The notes beneath the pieces are model-generated. The model was not told the DNA's origin. It did no database searches and saw nothing but the letters and a program-made list of their open reading frames with translations. From positions 1-64,000 of the forward strand of contig NIVC01001265.1 in the NCBI GenBank assembly GCA_002269645.1: a stretch of 64,000 nt of DNA, in the 5' to 3' direction. This document shows positions 1 through 12,354 of this stretch, piece after piece (the stretch's first letter is position 1; every line of letters begins with the position of its first letter). Source of the DNA: Macrostomum lignano (Eukaryota). A program made the position numbers and the translations under genes.

Positions 1-360
1 AGCATTCCTCAGATAGCAAGCCATCCCCAGATCGCAAGCATCCCAGATAGCAAGCATTCCCCAGACCCCAGATAGCAAGCGTCCCCCAGATAGCAAGCAT
101 CCCGCAGATAGCAAGCATCCCCCAGATAGCAAGCCATCCCGCAGATAGCAAAGCATCCCTAGATAGCAAGCATCCCCCCCCAGATAGCAAGCATCCCCCA
201 GACAGCAAGCAACCCCTGATAGCAAGCATAACCTGGATACAAAGATACCTTATAGATATCTAGCAACCCCCTCTCAGATAGCAAGTACTCTCCACCCCCA
301 AGAGCAAGCATCCCCCTGATAGCAAGTATCCATCCTTAAATAGCAAGCATCCACCAGAGA
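1..360. repeat. Degenerate ~18-20 bp tandem repeat (CAGATAGCAAGCATCCCC)
   Basis: About 18 imperfect units, running off the window start. The same family recurs at 8930-9135. Confidence 0.9.
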
Positions 361-414
361 ACAAGTAGCTAGTGCAACAATTTCCTTAGCTTTATAATGG
401 TTTCATTTTGTTTG

Positions 415-2215
415 GCATGACACTTCTTTTATGTTTGAAATGGTGTCTCTTTTTTGTTTAAAAAAGTGGCTTTTTAATGTTTGACATGGTAGCTCTTTTG
501 TGTTTGACATGATAGCTCTTTAATGTTGGACGTGGTGGCCCTTTTGTGTTTGACATGGTAGCTCTTTAATGTTTGACATGGTGGCTCTTCTATGTTTGCC
601 ATGGCGGCCCTTTTACGTTTGAAATGGTGTCTCTGTTATGTTTGACATGGTGGCTTAGTTGTTTGACATGGTGGCTCTTCTATGTTTGACATGGTGGCTC
701 TTCTATGTTTGACATGGCGGCCCTTTTACATTTGAAATTGTGTCTTTTTATATTGGGCATAATGGCTCAATAATGTTTTGACATGGTAGCTCTTTTATGT
801 TTGATATGGTGGCTCCTTATGTGTGACATGGTGTCTTTTTTATTTTTAATGTTTGACATGGAGTCATATATGTTTGACATGGAGTCATATATGTTTGACA
901 TGGAGTCATATATGTTTGACATGGTGGCTCTTTAATGTTTGACATGGAGTCACGTATATGTTTGACATGGTGGCTCTTTAATGTTTGACATTGAGTCACG
1001 TATATGTTTCACATGATGGCTCTTTTATGTTTGACATGATGGCTCTTTTATGTTTGACATGGTAGCTCTTTTATATTTTACATGGTGGCTCTTTTATGTT
1101 CGACATGGCTGATCTTGAATGTTTGACATGGTGGCTCTTTAATGTTTGACATGGTGGCTCTTTAATGTTTGACATGGTGGCTCTTTTATGTTCGACATGG
1201 TGGCTCTTTTATGCTCGACATGGTGGCTCTTTAATGTTTGACATGGTGGCTCTTTAATGTTCAACATGGTGGCTATTTTATGCTCGACATGGTGGCTCTT
1301 TTATGTTTGACATGGTGGCTCTTAAATGTTTGAAATGTTGTCTCTGTTATGTTCGACATGGTTTCTCTTGAATGTTTGACATGGTGGCTCTTTAATGTTT
1401 GACATGGTGGCTCTTTTATGTTCGACATGGTGGCTCTTTTATGCTCGACATGGTGGCTCTTTAATGTTTGACATGGTGGCTCTTTAATGTTCAACATGGT
1501 GGCTATTTTATGCTCGACATGGTGGCTCTTTTATGTTTGACATGGTGGCTCTTAAATGTTTGAAATGTTGTCTCTGTTATGTTCGACATGGTTTCTCTTG
1601 AATGTTTGACATGGTGGCTCTTTAATGTTTGACATGGTGGCTCTTTTATGTTTGACATGGTGGCTCTTTTATGCTCGACATGGTGGCTCTTTTATGTTTG
1701 ACATGGTGGCTCTTAAATGTTTGAAATGTTGTCTCTGTTATGTTCGACATGGTGGCTCTTTTATGTTTGACATGGTAGCTCTTTTATATTTTACTTGGTG
1801 GCTCTTTAATGTTTGACATGGTGGCTCTTCAATGTTCAACATGGTGGCTCTTTAATGTTCGACATGGTGGCTCTTTAATGTTTGACATGATGGCTCTTTT
1901 ATGTTTGAAATGTTGTCTCTGTTATGTTTGACATAGTGGCTCTTTAATGTTCGACATGGTGGCTCTTTTATGTTTGACATGATGGCTCTTTTATGTTTGA
2001 AATGTTGTCTCTGTTATGTTCGACATGGTGGCTCTTTAATGTTTGACATGGTGGCTCTTTAATGTTTGACATTGAGTCACGTATATGTTTCACATGGTGG
2101 CTCTTTTATGTTTGAAATGGTGGCTCTTTTATGTTTGACATGGTGTCTCTTCTGTGTTCTACATGGTGGCACTTTTTTTTTGTTTGGCATGGTGGCTCTT
2201 TTATATTTGACATTG
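415..2215. repeat. 23-24 bp minisatellite (ATGTTTGACATGGTGGCTCTTTTA)
   Basis: About 1.8 kb of head-to-tail units. It accounts for the ORFs at 817-1816. Confidence 0.95.
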
Positions 2216-2282
2216 CGCTTCTTTTATGTTTAGCATTTTGTGTTTTAAAGTGTTTTAATAAAAAAATGTTTTTGCACTACTA

Positions 2283-2340
2283 AGATTCGAACCCAGGTCG
2301 CTACATTAGCAGTCCAGTCTGTTCCCATCTTGGCTATCTC
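2283..2340 (-). pseudogene. tRNA-like / SINE-head sequence, copy 1 of 4
   Basis: Minus strand reads TAGCCAAGATGG (Pol III A box) ... CTGCTAA (anticodon-loop-like) ... GGTTCGAATC (B box). The stems do not form an intact cloverleaf. Confidence 0.7.
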
Positions 2341-2399
2341 TTTTCAATTGGAGAACATGTATTGTGGCCCTTATAATTCAATTCTTATAGCAAGTCAGT

Positions 2400-2850
2400 T
2401 AGAGTAAAAAGTTATGACATAATCAATTTCTCAGTCAGCCAGTATCAGTCTCAATTCAAGTTAGCAATATGGTTACGCAATTACAATCAAGTCTTGTGTG
2501 CATTTTTTCGACACTGTTTTCATCTTGTTGTGATGCAATCTTTATCACAATTGAAATTCAGTCAGTCAGTTTTTTCTTTCGCATTTTTACAATTCATTTC
2601 AGGTCGAAAGAGCTGCTTGACCTTTGCAAAAAAGCATGTTTTTCGAATATTTAATCCCTTTAAAATTGAGCAATTTCTTAGCCAAGATGCATGTACCGTC
2701 CCAGGAAAATTTCTGATCAAATGGTGCAAGTTTGAAGAAAATCGGTTGAGCCACTTTTTCTGAAATCTATCGCATAGCTAGATAGTTACAGACATTTCAT
2801 TTTTAGTATATATGACTAGCAATCTACGCCCCCGTTGGGGAGCTAAAGAA
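2400..2850 (+). mobile_element. Dispersed ~450-bp conserved block, Helitron/Helentron(HINE)-like, copy 1 of 3
   Basis: TTGACCTTTGCAAAAAAGCATGTTTTTCGAATATTTAAT...CAAGTTTGAAGAAAATCGG...TTTTAGTATAT is shared with 6070-6530 and 11445-11915. It ends in a GCCCCCGTTGGGGAGC stem-loop-like motif. The family assignment is inference. Confidence 0.6.
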
Positions 2851-3069
2851 ATGAATACACGTTTTTTAATAAGCTACATGTAGCCTTGAAATCCTAAAAA
2901 ATCTCCTGTCAAACTTCTAATAGCCCTAACCCCAACCCTAAATTTAATATTTTGTCCATGAGTTTTTGCATGATGCTTCTATGATTTTTTGAATGACGCT
3001 TCCATGATTTTTGCATGACGCTTCTATGCTAAACATTTTTAATAAGCTACATGAGCTAAGTTATAAGCT

Positions 3070-3155
3070 ACCCTAACCCTAGCACTAACCCGAATCTTAA
3101 CGCTATAACCCTAACCCTAACCATATACCCTAACACCAACGCTAACACTAACCCT
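3070..3155. repeat. Degenerate interstitial telomere-like repeat (TAACCC)n
   Basis: CCCTAACCCT...AACCCTAACCCTAA. A shorter tract lies at 2922-2940. Confidence 0.75.
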
Positions 3156-3457
3156 ACAGCCTTACATCTGTATAAGTTTGTGAAGCGCTAGTAGTATTTT
3201 TTTAGCTTAGTATCTTAGCGTTGGGGAGCCAAAAAATGCAGTACAAGTTTTGTAATAAACTACATGTAGCATCTCTTTGCAATATCTCTCTGCAATATTT
3301 GCATCTCTTTGCAATAATATACTGCTTTGAAAGCAGTCCCTTGTAAGCCTTGACATGTCAGTAATTCCCCCCCCACAGGCTTTAACATTTCAACTTCCCC
3401 TTGACATCTCAGCGATGCTCCCCATAAGCCATGAAATCTAAAAAAATCTGTCAACTT

Positions 3458-3495
3458 TCTAACCCTAACCCTAACCCTAACCTAACCTAACCCTA
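3458..3495. repeat. Interstitial telomere-like (TAACCC)n
   Basis: CTAACCCTAACCCTAACCCTAACCTAACCTAACCCTAAA. Its paralog is at 7079-7111. Confidence 0.85.
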
Positions 3496-4309
3496 AAGCA
3501 TTGACATTTCAGTAATTCTCTCTAAGAGTCATTATAGCACTACTACAGCATTATAGCGATTCCCTGCAAGCCTCGACATCGTAGGGATTCCAAATGAATC
3601 TCTTAACTTCGACATGAAGCTTCTTATTTTTTACATTACGCTTTTTCTATCAGCGATCCCTCCCGTGAGGAGCCAACAAATAATGAAAAAAAGTTTTCAA
3701 TAGACTACATGTAGCTTCTGACTTTAGCCTTGACATCTCATTTATTCCCCCATGAGCCTTGACATCTCAGCTATTCCCCTCGTAAGCCTTGAAATGTCAG
3801 CAATGCCCCCCATAAACCTTGATATCTGAAAAATCCCCTGTTAACCTTGAAACCCGCTAAAATCTAACCCTCAACCCACACCGGAACTAAACCTAACTTT
3901 AACCCAACCTAGAAAACCTTGAAATCTCAACAATTCTTCTCCCTTAAGCCTTGACATTTTAGTGATTCCTTCTTTAAGAATCACAGCACTATAACGATTT
4001 CCTCCAAGCCTTGACATCGTAGCAATTCCCAAATGAATATTTTAACTTCGATATGACTCTTCTTTTATGTATACATAGTGCTTCTTTTCTTTTTACATGA
4101 CTCTTCTTCTATCAGCGCCCCCCCCGTGGCGAGCCAACAAAGAAGGTAATAAAAAAAAAAAAATTGAGTAAACTACATGTACTTTGAAGTAGCTTCTGAC
4201 TTTTGCTTTGACATCTCAGAAACCCCCCCCCCCCCTAATCTCAGTTATTCTCCGTGAGCCTTGACATCTCAGTAATTCTCCCAGCACAGCACAATAGCTT
4301 CATTTAATT

Positions 4310-5880
4310 TTTACATGACACTTCTTTCATGTCTGACATGACGCTTCTTTTGATTTTTACATGACGCTTCTATGATTTCTAAAATGACACTTCCATTAGT
4401 TTTTATATAAGGCTTCTATGATTTTTTACATGACGCTTCTATGATTTCTTAAATGACACTTCCATTAGTTTTTATATAAGTTTTGTAATAAGTTTTGTAT
4501 AAGTTTTGTAATTTTTACATGACGCTTCTACGATTGTTTACATGACGTTTCTATGATGTTTTTACATGACGCTTCTATGATCTTTTACATGACGCTTCTA
4601 TGATTTTTTACATGACGCTTTTATGATTTTTACATGACGTTTCTATGACTTTTTTACATGACGCTTCTATGATTTTTTTAAATGACGCTTCTAGGTTTTT
4701 AAATGACGCTTCTAGGATTTTTACATGACGCTTCTATGATTGTTTACATGACGCTTCTATGATTTTTCTACATGACGTTTCTATGATTTTTTACATGACG
4801 CTTCTATGACTTTTTTACATGACGCTTCTATGATTGTTTACATGACGCTTCTATGATTTTTTAAATGACGCTTCTATGATTTTTATATGACGCTTCTACG
4901 ATTGTTTACATGACGCTTCTATGATTATTTACATGACGCTTCGATTTTTTTACATGACTCTTCTATGATTTTTTACATGACGCTTCTATGATTGTTTACA
5001 TGACGCTTCTATGATTGTTTACATGACGCTTCAATGATTCTTTAAATGACGCATTTATGATTTTTATATGACGCTTCTATGATTTTTTAAATGACGCTTT
5101 TATGATTTTTACATGACGCTTCTATGATTGTCTACATGACACTTCTATGATGGTTTACATGACGCTTCTATGATGGTTTACATGACGCTTCTATGATTTT
5201 TTACATGACGCTTCTATGATTGTTTACAGGACGCTTCTATGATTGTTTACATGACGCTTCTATGACTTTTTTACATGACGCTTCTATGATTTTTTTAAAT
5301 GACGCTTCTAGGTTTTTAAATGACGCTTCTACGATTTTTACATGACGCTTCTATGATTGTTTACATGACGCTTCTATGATTTTTCTACATGACGTTTCTA
5401 TGATTTTTTACATGACGCTTCTATGACTTTTTTACATGACGCTTCTATGATTGTTTACATGACGCTTCTATGATTTTTTAAATGACGCTTCTATGATTTT
5501 TATATGACGCTTCTACGATTGTTTACATGACGCTTTTATGATTGTTTACATGACGCTTCTATACTTTTTTACATGACGCTTGTATGATTTTTTTACATGA
5601 CGCTTCTATGATTTTTATATGACGCTTCTACGATTGTTTACATGACGCTTCTATGATTATTTACATGACGCTTCGATTTTTTTACATGACTCTTCTATGA
5701 TTTTTTACATGACGCTTCTATGATTGTTTACATGACGCTTCTATGATTGTTTACATGACGCTTCAATGATTCTTTAAATGACGCATTTATGATTTTTATA
5801 TGACGCTTCTATGATTTTTTAAATGACGCTTCTACGATTTTTTACATGACGCTTCTATGATTTTTACATGACGATTCTTT
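4310..5880. repeat. 21-22 bp minisatellite (TTTTTACATGACGCTTCTATGA)
   Basis: About 1.6 kb of tandem units. Confidence 0.95.
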
Positions 5881-5944
5881 TTAAAAAGTCTTTTAGTTTT
5901 CCTGACGTTGAAAAGCTTTAATTAAAAAAATTATACACTATGAA

Positions 5945-6004
5945 AATTCGCACCATCGTCGCTGCATTTAGCAGTTCAGTTTGTTCACCTCTAGGCTAGC
6001 TCTC
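5945..6004 (-). pseudogene. tRNA-like / SINE-head sequence, copy 2
   Basis: Minus strand GAGAGCTAGCCTAGAGG...ACTGCTAAATGCAGCGACGATGGTGCGAATT, homologous to copy 1, with a decayed B box. Confidence 0.6.
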
Positions 6005-6069
6005 ATCGTTTTGATATCATCAAATTTTTCACTTATATAATTCAACACTCTAAAATCCAAGCATAGAGT

Positions 6070-6530
6070 AAATCACACGAAGCAGTTATGACATAATCAG
6101 TTTCTCAGTCAGTCAGTATCAGTTAACAATATGGTTACGCAATTTAAATCAAGTCTGGTGCTACGCTTCCACACTGCATTTTCAATTCAAGTCGAAGTTA
6201 CAATTCAGTTATGATGCAATCTATTTCAGAGTCAGAATTCAACCAGTCAGTTTTTTTCTCTAGCATTCTTACGAGCTACAATACATTTCAAGTCGAAAAG
6301 TTTGCTTGACCTTTGCAAAAAAGCATGTTTTTCGAATATTTAATGCCTTTAGCATCGAGCAATTTCTTAGCCACGATGCATGTACAGTCACGGGAAAATT
6401 TCTGATCGAACAGTGCAAGTTCGAACAAAATCGGTCCAGCCATTTTTTCTCTAATCGATCACATAGACACAGACAGACCATTTTTAGTATATTGGACTAG
6501 CTAAAGTTTTGCCCCCCTTCGGGGAGCAGA
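6070..6530 (+). mobile_element. Helitron/Helentron-like conserved block, copy 2
   Basis: Homologous to 2400-2850. Has a GACA microsatellite remnant, then TTTTAGTATATTGGACTAGC and GCCCCCCTTCGGGGAGC. Confidence 0.6.
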
Positions 6531-6957
6531 AATAATTAATATTCGTCTAATATAATATACCTTTTAGCAGGAGTACTTTAAGTGTCTTTCTTAAGCTTAA
6601 GCTTAAAATAGGAATTTTTGGAGATCGTTAATAACGCATTTTAGGTAAAACAAAACTATCAACTTTTTACAGTTTTTTAGTTTAGGGCCCTGTATATGTC
6701 AACGTGTTTGATAAAAATTATTTTTATCATTTTTGATAAAAAATGGCCTTCGGGGTGGCCAATAAGCAAGGGACGAATCCTTTTAAATGAAAAAAAATTC
6801 TTAGGGAGGGGGCTAGGAATCGAATTCTCATTTTAATTCCAGGCTTATGTACCAATAAAACATGTTTGTGCAGAATTTTATAACAGACATTGAAATTCAA
6901 CCATACTTGCCTTCTTTCAGAGCTACTTCTACCAGTATGCTTCAGTACGCTACCAGT

Positions 6958-8888
6958 ACCCTTGTAAGCCTTGACATGTCAGCAATCCCACCCCACAAGC
7001 CTTAACATATCAACTCCCCCCTTGACATCTCAGCAATGCTCCCACAAGCCTTGAAATCTTAAAAAATCTGTCTATTTTCTAACCCTAACCCTAACCCTAA
7101 CCCTAACCCTAAAGCATTGAAATTTCAGTAATTCTCTCTAAGAGTCTATAGCACTACTACAGCATTATAGCGATTCCCTGCAAGCCTCGACATCGTAGGG
7201 ATTCCCAAATGAATCTCTTAACTTTGACATGAAGCTTCTTTTTTTTTACATTACGCTTTTTCTATCAGCGATCCCTCCCGTGAGGAGCCAACAAATAATG
7301 TAATAACTTTTTTCCAATAAACTACATGTAGCTTCTGACATTAGCCTTGACATCTCATTTATTCCCCCGTGAGCCTTGACATCTCAGCTATAGATAGATA
7401 GATAGATTCCCCTCGTAAGCCTTGACATGTCAGCGATGCCCCCATAAACCTTGAAATCTAAAAAATCCCCTGTTAACCTTGAAACGCGCTAAAATCTAAC
7501 CCTCAACCCAAACCTGACGTAAACCTAACTTTCACCCAACCTAAAGCCTTGAAATCACAGCAATTCTTCTTCCCTAAGCCTTGGCATTTAAGTGATTCCT
7601 TCTTTAAGAATCACAGCACTATAACGATTCCCTCCAAGCTTTGACATCGTAGCAATTCCCAAATGAATCTTTTAACTTTGACATGACTTTTATTTTATGT
7701 ATACATAGTGCTCCTTTTATTTTTACATGACTCTTCTTCTATCAGCGCCCCCCCCCACCGTGGCAAGCCAACAAAGAATGCAATAAAAAACTTAAGTAAA
7801 GTACATGTACTTTGAAGTAGCTTCTGACTTTTGCTTTAACATCTCAGAAACCCCCCTGTAATCTCAGTTATTCTCTGTGAGCCTTGACGTCTCAGTAATT
7901 CTCCCCAGCACAGCACTGTACTATAGCTTCATTTAATTTTTATATGACATTTCTTTCATGTCTGACATGACGCTTCTTTTGATTTTTACGTTACGCTTCT
8001 TTTATTCTTCCATGATGCTTCTTAATTTTTTAAATGACACACTTTCATTAGTTTTTATATGAGGCTTCTATAATTTTTTCATGACGCTTCTATGCTTGTT
8101 TACATGACGCTTGTATGATTTTTACATGACGCTTCTATGATTGTTTACATGACGCTTGTATGATTGTTTACATGACGCTTCTATGATTTTTTACATGACG
8201 CTTCTATGATTTTTACATGACGCTTCTATGATTTTTACATGACGCTTCTATGATTTTTACATGACGCTTCTATGATTTTTACATGACGCTTCTATGATTG
8301 TTTACATGACGCTTCTATGATTGTTTACATGACGCTTCTATGATTTTAACATGACGCTTCTATGATTTTTTTACATGACGCTTCTATGATTGTTTACATG
8401 ACGCTTGTATGATTGTTTACATGACGCTTGTATGATTTTAACATGACGCTTCTATGATTGTTTACATTACGCTTCTATGATTGCTTGCATGACGCTTCTA
8501 TGATTTTTTATGACGCTTTTATGATTTTAACATGACGCTTCTATGATTTTTTTACATGACGCTTCTATGATTGTTTACATGACGCTTGTATGATTGTTTA
8601 CATGACGCTTTTATGATTTTAACATGACGCTTCTATGATTGTTTACATTACGCTTCTATGATTTTTACATGACGCTTCTATGATTTTTACATGACGCTTC
8701 TATGATTGTTTACATGACGCTTCTATGATTGTTTACATGACGCTTGTATGATTGTTTACATGACGCTTCCATAATTTTTTTTGTCTTGGCGTTAAAAGGC
8801 TTTAATTAAAAAAACTCTACTCTCTAAAAATTCGAACCATCGTCCCTGCATTTAGCAGTTTAGTCTGTTTACCTCTAGGCTAGCTCTC
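6958..8888 (+). repeat. Local segmental duplicate, copy B
   Basis: Colinear with 3335-6005. Contains (TAACCC)n at 7079-7111, the 21-22 bp array at 8060-8770 and the tRNA-like head at 8828-8888. Confidence 0.9.
8828..8888 (-). pseudogene. tRNA-like / SINE-head sequence, copy 3
   Basis: Minus strand GAGAGCTAGCCTAGAGG...ACTGCTAAATGCAGGGACGATGGTTCGAATT. Confidence 0.6.
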
Positions 8889-8929
8889 ATGAATTTTAGT
8901 CATTACCCCTAAATAGAAAATATTCCCAA

Positions 8930-9135
8930 GACAGCAAGCATCCCCCAGTAGCAAGCATCCCCTAATACTCCTAGCAAGCATCCACCCAGATAGCAAGCAT
9001 CTGCAGATAGCAAGCATCTTGCAGTTAGCAAGCATCTTGCAGATAGCAAGCATACCCCAAATAATGTAGAAGCATCCTTCCAGATAGCAAGCATCCTGCA
9101 CATAGCAAGAATCCCTAAATAGCAAGCATCCCTGG
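8930..9135. repeat. ~19 bp repeat (CAGATAGCAAGCATC), same family as 1-360
   Basis: Direct sequence match to the repeat at the window start. Confidence 0.85.
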
Positions 9136-9176
9136 ATAGAAATAATCCTATACATGTAGCCAAGCTTATCAAGCGC

Positions 9177-11243
9177 AGTAATCCTTGGCTATCGAGTGCA
9201 GTAATCCTTGGTTTATTAATAGCAATAATCCATGGCTTATCGAGTGCAGTAATCCTTGGTTTATTAATAGCAATAATCCTTGGCTTATCGAGTGCAGTAA
9301 TTCATGGTTTATTAATAGCAATAATCCTTGGCTTATCGAGTGCAGTAATCCTTGGTTTATTAATAGCAATAATCCATGGCTTATCGAGTGCAGTAATCCT
9401 TGGTTTGCCAAGAGCAATAATCCTTGGCTTATCGAGTGCAGTAATCCTTGGTTTATTAATAGCAATAATCCATGGCTTATCGAGTGCAGTAATCCTTGGT
9501 TTGCCAAGAGCAATAGTCCTTGGCTTATCGAGTGCAGTAATCCTTGGTTTGCCAAGAGCAATAGTCCTTGGTTTATTGAGTGCAGTAATCCTTGGTTTAT
9601 TAATAGCAATAGTCCTTGGTTTATTGAGTGCAGTAATCCTTGGTTTATTAATAGCAATAATCCATGGCTTATCGAGTGCAGTAATCCTTGGTTTGCCAAG
9701 AGCAATAGTCCTTGGCTTATCGAGTGCAGTAATCCTTGGTTTGCCAAGAGCAATAGTCCTTGGCTTATCGAGTGCAGTAATCCTTGGTTTGCCAAGTGCA
9801 TAATCCTTGGTTTATTAATAGCAATAATCCTTGGCTTATCGAGTGCAGTAATCCTTGGTTTATTAATAGCAATAATCCTTGGTTTATCGAGTGCATTAAT
9901 CCTTGGTTTATTAATAGCAATAATCCTTGGCTTATCGAGTGCAGTAATCCTTGGTTTATTAATAGCAATAATCCATGGCTTATCGAGTGCAGTAATCCTT
10001 GGTTTATTAATAGCAATAATCCTTGGCTTATCGAGTGCAGTAATCCTTGGTTTATTAATAGCAATAATCCATGGCTTATCGAGTGCAGTAATCCTTGGTT
10101 TGCCAAGAGCAATAGTCCTTGGCTTATCGAGTGCAGTAATCCTTGGTTTGCCAAGAGCAATAGTCCTTGGTTTATTGAGTGCAGTAATCCTTGGTTTATT
10201 AATAGCAATAGTCCTTGGTTTATTGAGTGCAGTAATCCTTGGTTTATTAATAGCAATAATCCTTGGCTTATCGAGTGCAGTAATCCTTGGTTTGCCAAGT
10301 GCATAATCCTTGGTTTATCGAGTGCAGTAATCCTTGGTTTATTAATAGCAATAATCCTTGGCTTATCGAGTGCAGTAATCCTTGGTTTATTAATAGCAAT
10401 AATCCATGGCTTATCGAGTGCAGTAATCCTTGGTTTGCCAAGAGCAATAGTCCTTGGCTTATCGAGTGCAGTAATCCTTGGTTTGCCAAGAGCAATAGTC
10501 CTTGGTTTATTGAGTGCAGTAATCCTTGGTTTATTAATAGCAATAGTCCTTGGTTTATTGAGTGCAGTAATCCTTGGTTTATTAATAGCAATAATCCTTG
10601 GCTTATCGAGTGCAGTAATCCTTGGTTTGCCAAGTGCATAATCCTTGGTTTATTAATAGCAATAATCCTTGGCTTATCGAGTGCAGTAATCCTTGGTTTA
10701 TTAATAGCAATAATCCTTGGTTTATCGAGTGCATTAATCCTTGGTTTATTAATAGCAATAATCCTTGGCTTATCGAGTGCAGTAATCCTTGGTTTATTAA
10801 TAGCAATAATCCTTGGCTTATCGAGTGCAGTAATCCTTGGTTTGCCAAGAGCAATAGTCCTTGGTTTTTTTAGTGCAGTAATCCTTGGTTTATTAATAGC
10901 AATAGTCCTTGGTTTATTGAGTGCAGTAATGCTTGGTTTATTAATAGCAATAATCCTTGGCTTATCGATTGCAGTAATCCTTGGTTTGCCAAGTGCATAA
11001 TCCTTGGTTTATTAATAGCAATAATCCTTGGTTTATCGAGTGCAGTAATCCTTAGTTTATTAATAGCAATAATCCTTGGCTTATCGAGTGCAGTAATCCT
11101 TGGTTTATTAATAGCAATAATCCATGGCTTATCGAGTGCAGTAATCCTTGGTTTGCCAAGAGCAATAATCCTTGGCTTATCGAGTGCAGTATTCCTTGGT
11201 TTGCCAAGAGCAATAATCCTTAGCTTATCGAGTGCAGTAATCT
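9177..11243. repeat. 24/48 bp dimeric minisatellite (GCAGTAATCCTTGGTTTATTAATA-GCAATAATCCTTGGCTTATCGAGT)
   Basis: About 2 kb array of alternating 24-bp subunits. It produces all the overlapping ORFs at 9169-11000. Confidence 0.95.
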
Positions 11244-11315
11244 AAGTGTTTTTATTTAGTCCTTTAATAAAAGCTTTTAATAAAAAATTTTACACTACTA
11301 CTTTTAAACTACTTA

Positions 11316-11376
11316 GATTCGAACCCAGGTCGCTGCATTAGCAGTCTGGTCTGCTCAGCTCTAGGCTAGCTCTCAT
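11316..11376 (-). pseudogene. tRNA-like / SINE-head sequence, copy 4
   Basis: Minus strand GAGAGCTAGCCTAGAGCTG...GACTGCTAATGCAGCGACCTGGGTTCGAATC, with an intact B box. Confidence 0.7.
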
Positions 11377-11444
11377 CGAAGTTATCAGTGAATTTGTACC
11401 ACTTATATAATTAATTCAACACTCACACCAAGTCAGGTAGAGTA

Positions 11445-11915
11445 AAAAGTCACGCGAAGCAGTTATGACATAATCAATTTCTTAGGCAAGTCAGTACCAG
11501 TGTCTATGAAAGTTAACAATATGGTTACGTAATATAAATTCAGTACTGCACTATACTTTCACCCTCAAAGCTGTGACGCAATTCAATTGAGTGTCAAATT
11601 CAGCCAGTACACAGACGATAAATAAAGTGTATTGTGATGCAATCTATTTCAGAATCAGAATTCAACCAGTCAGATTTTTCTCTAGCATTCTTACAATGCA
11701 TTTCAGGTCGAAAGAGCTGCTTGACCTTTGCAAAAAAGCATGTTTTTCGAATATTTAATCCCTTTAACATTGAGCAATTTCTTAGCCAATATGCATGTAC
11801 CGTCCCGGGAAAATTTCTGATCGAATGGTGCAAGTTTGAAGAAAATCGGTTGAGCCGTTCGGGAGAAAATCAATTACAAGCAAGCAACCAAGCATTTCAT
11901 TTTTAGTATATTAGA
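11445..11915 (+). mobile_element. Helitron/Helentron-like conserved block, copy 3
   Basis: Homologous to 2400-2850 and 6070-6530. Ends CATTTTTAGTATATTAGAT. Confidence 0.6.
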
Positions 11916-12354
11916 TGTGCGCCAGTATAGACGATTTTCTCTTTTTCTCTTAGTTTAGTTTAACCAGCTGGTATTTCTCTGCAGTTCCTTGTTGAGGATT
12001 TCTATTTGCAATGGCATTAGTGCCGCACTTGAGTCATTCTCTGCTTGCGCTGTGGTCACTAAAATTCAGTCTAAAATTTTTAGTATTATTCAGTATAAAT
12101 TCTGCCAGTCAGACCGGAAATCACCGGCTTCAGCTAAACTGTCTGCCCGTTAAAACCTCAGTCAGTAAAAAAAGATTGGTGGCTGAGCGTGAAATTTGTG
12201 TGCAACTTAGATTAGTTGACTACACCATATAACCGTTCCTGCTTCCTGACATTTTCAGTATCCATCTCTCTATCTGCCTATCTATCTATCTATCTATCTA
12301 TCCATCCATCTCTCTATCTGCCTATCTATCCATCTATCTATCCATCTACCTATT

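Larger units (their letters stand above)
3335..6005 (+). repeat. Local segmental duplicate, copy A (telomere-like tract, CCTTGACAT-rich region, 21-22 bp array, tRNA-like head)
   Basis: Colinear with 6958-8888 from CCCTTGTAAGCCTTGACATGTCAG through TCTAGGCTAGCTCTCAT. The array length differs between copies. Confidence 0.9.

Noticed and set aside
3458-3495. True telomere or chromosome end
   Set aside because: Only about 6 units, degenerate, and internal to a duplicated cassette.
9169-11000. Overlapping 80-370 aa ORFs on both strands (IECSNPW / AVILGLL / ISQGLL)
   Set aside because: They are translations of a 24/48-bp minisatellite and have no unique coding sequence.
2283-11376. Functional tRNA-Ser(GCT) genes
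   Set aside because: A CTGCTAA loop and A/B boxes are present, but the acceptor and anticodon stems do not pair and there is no long variable arm. Treated as tRNA-derived.
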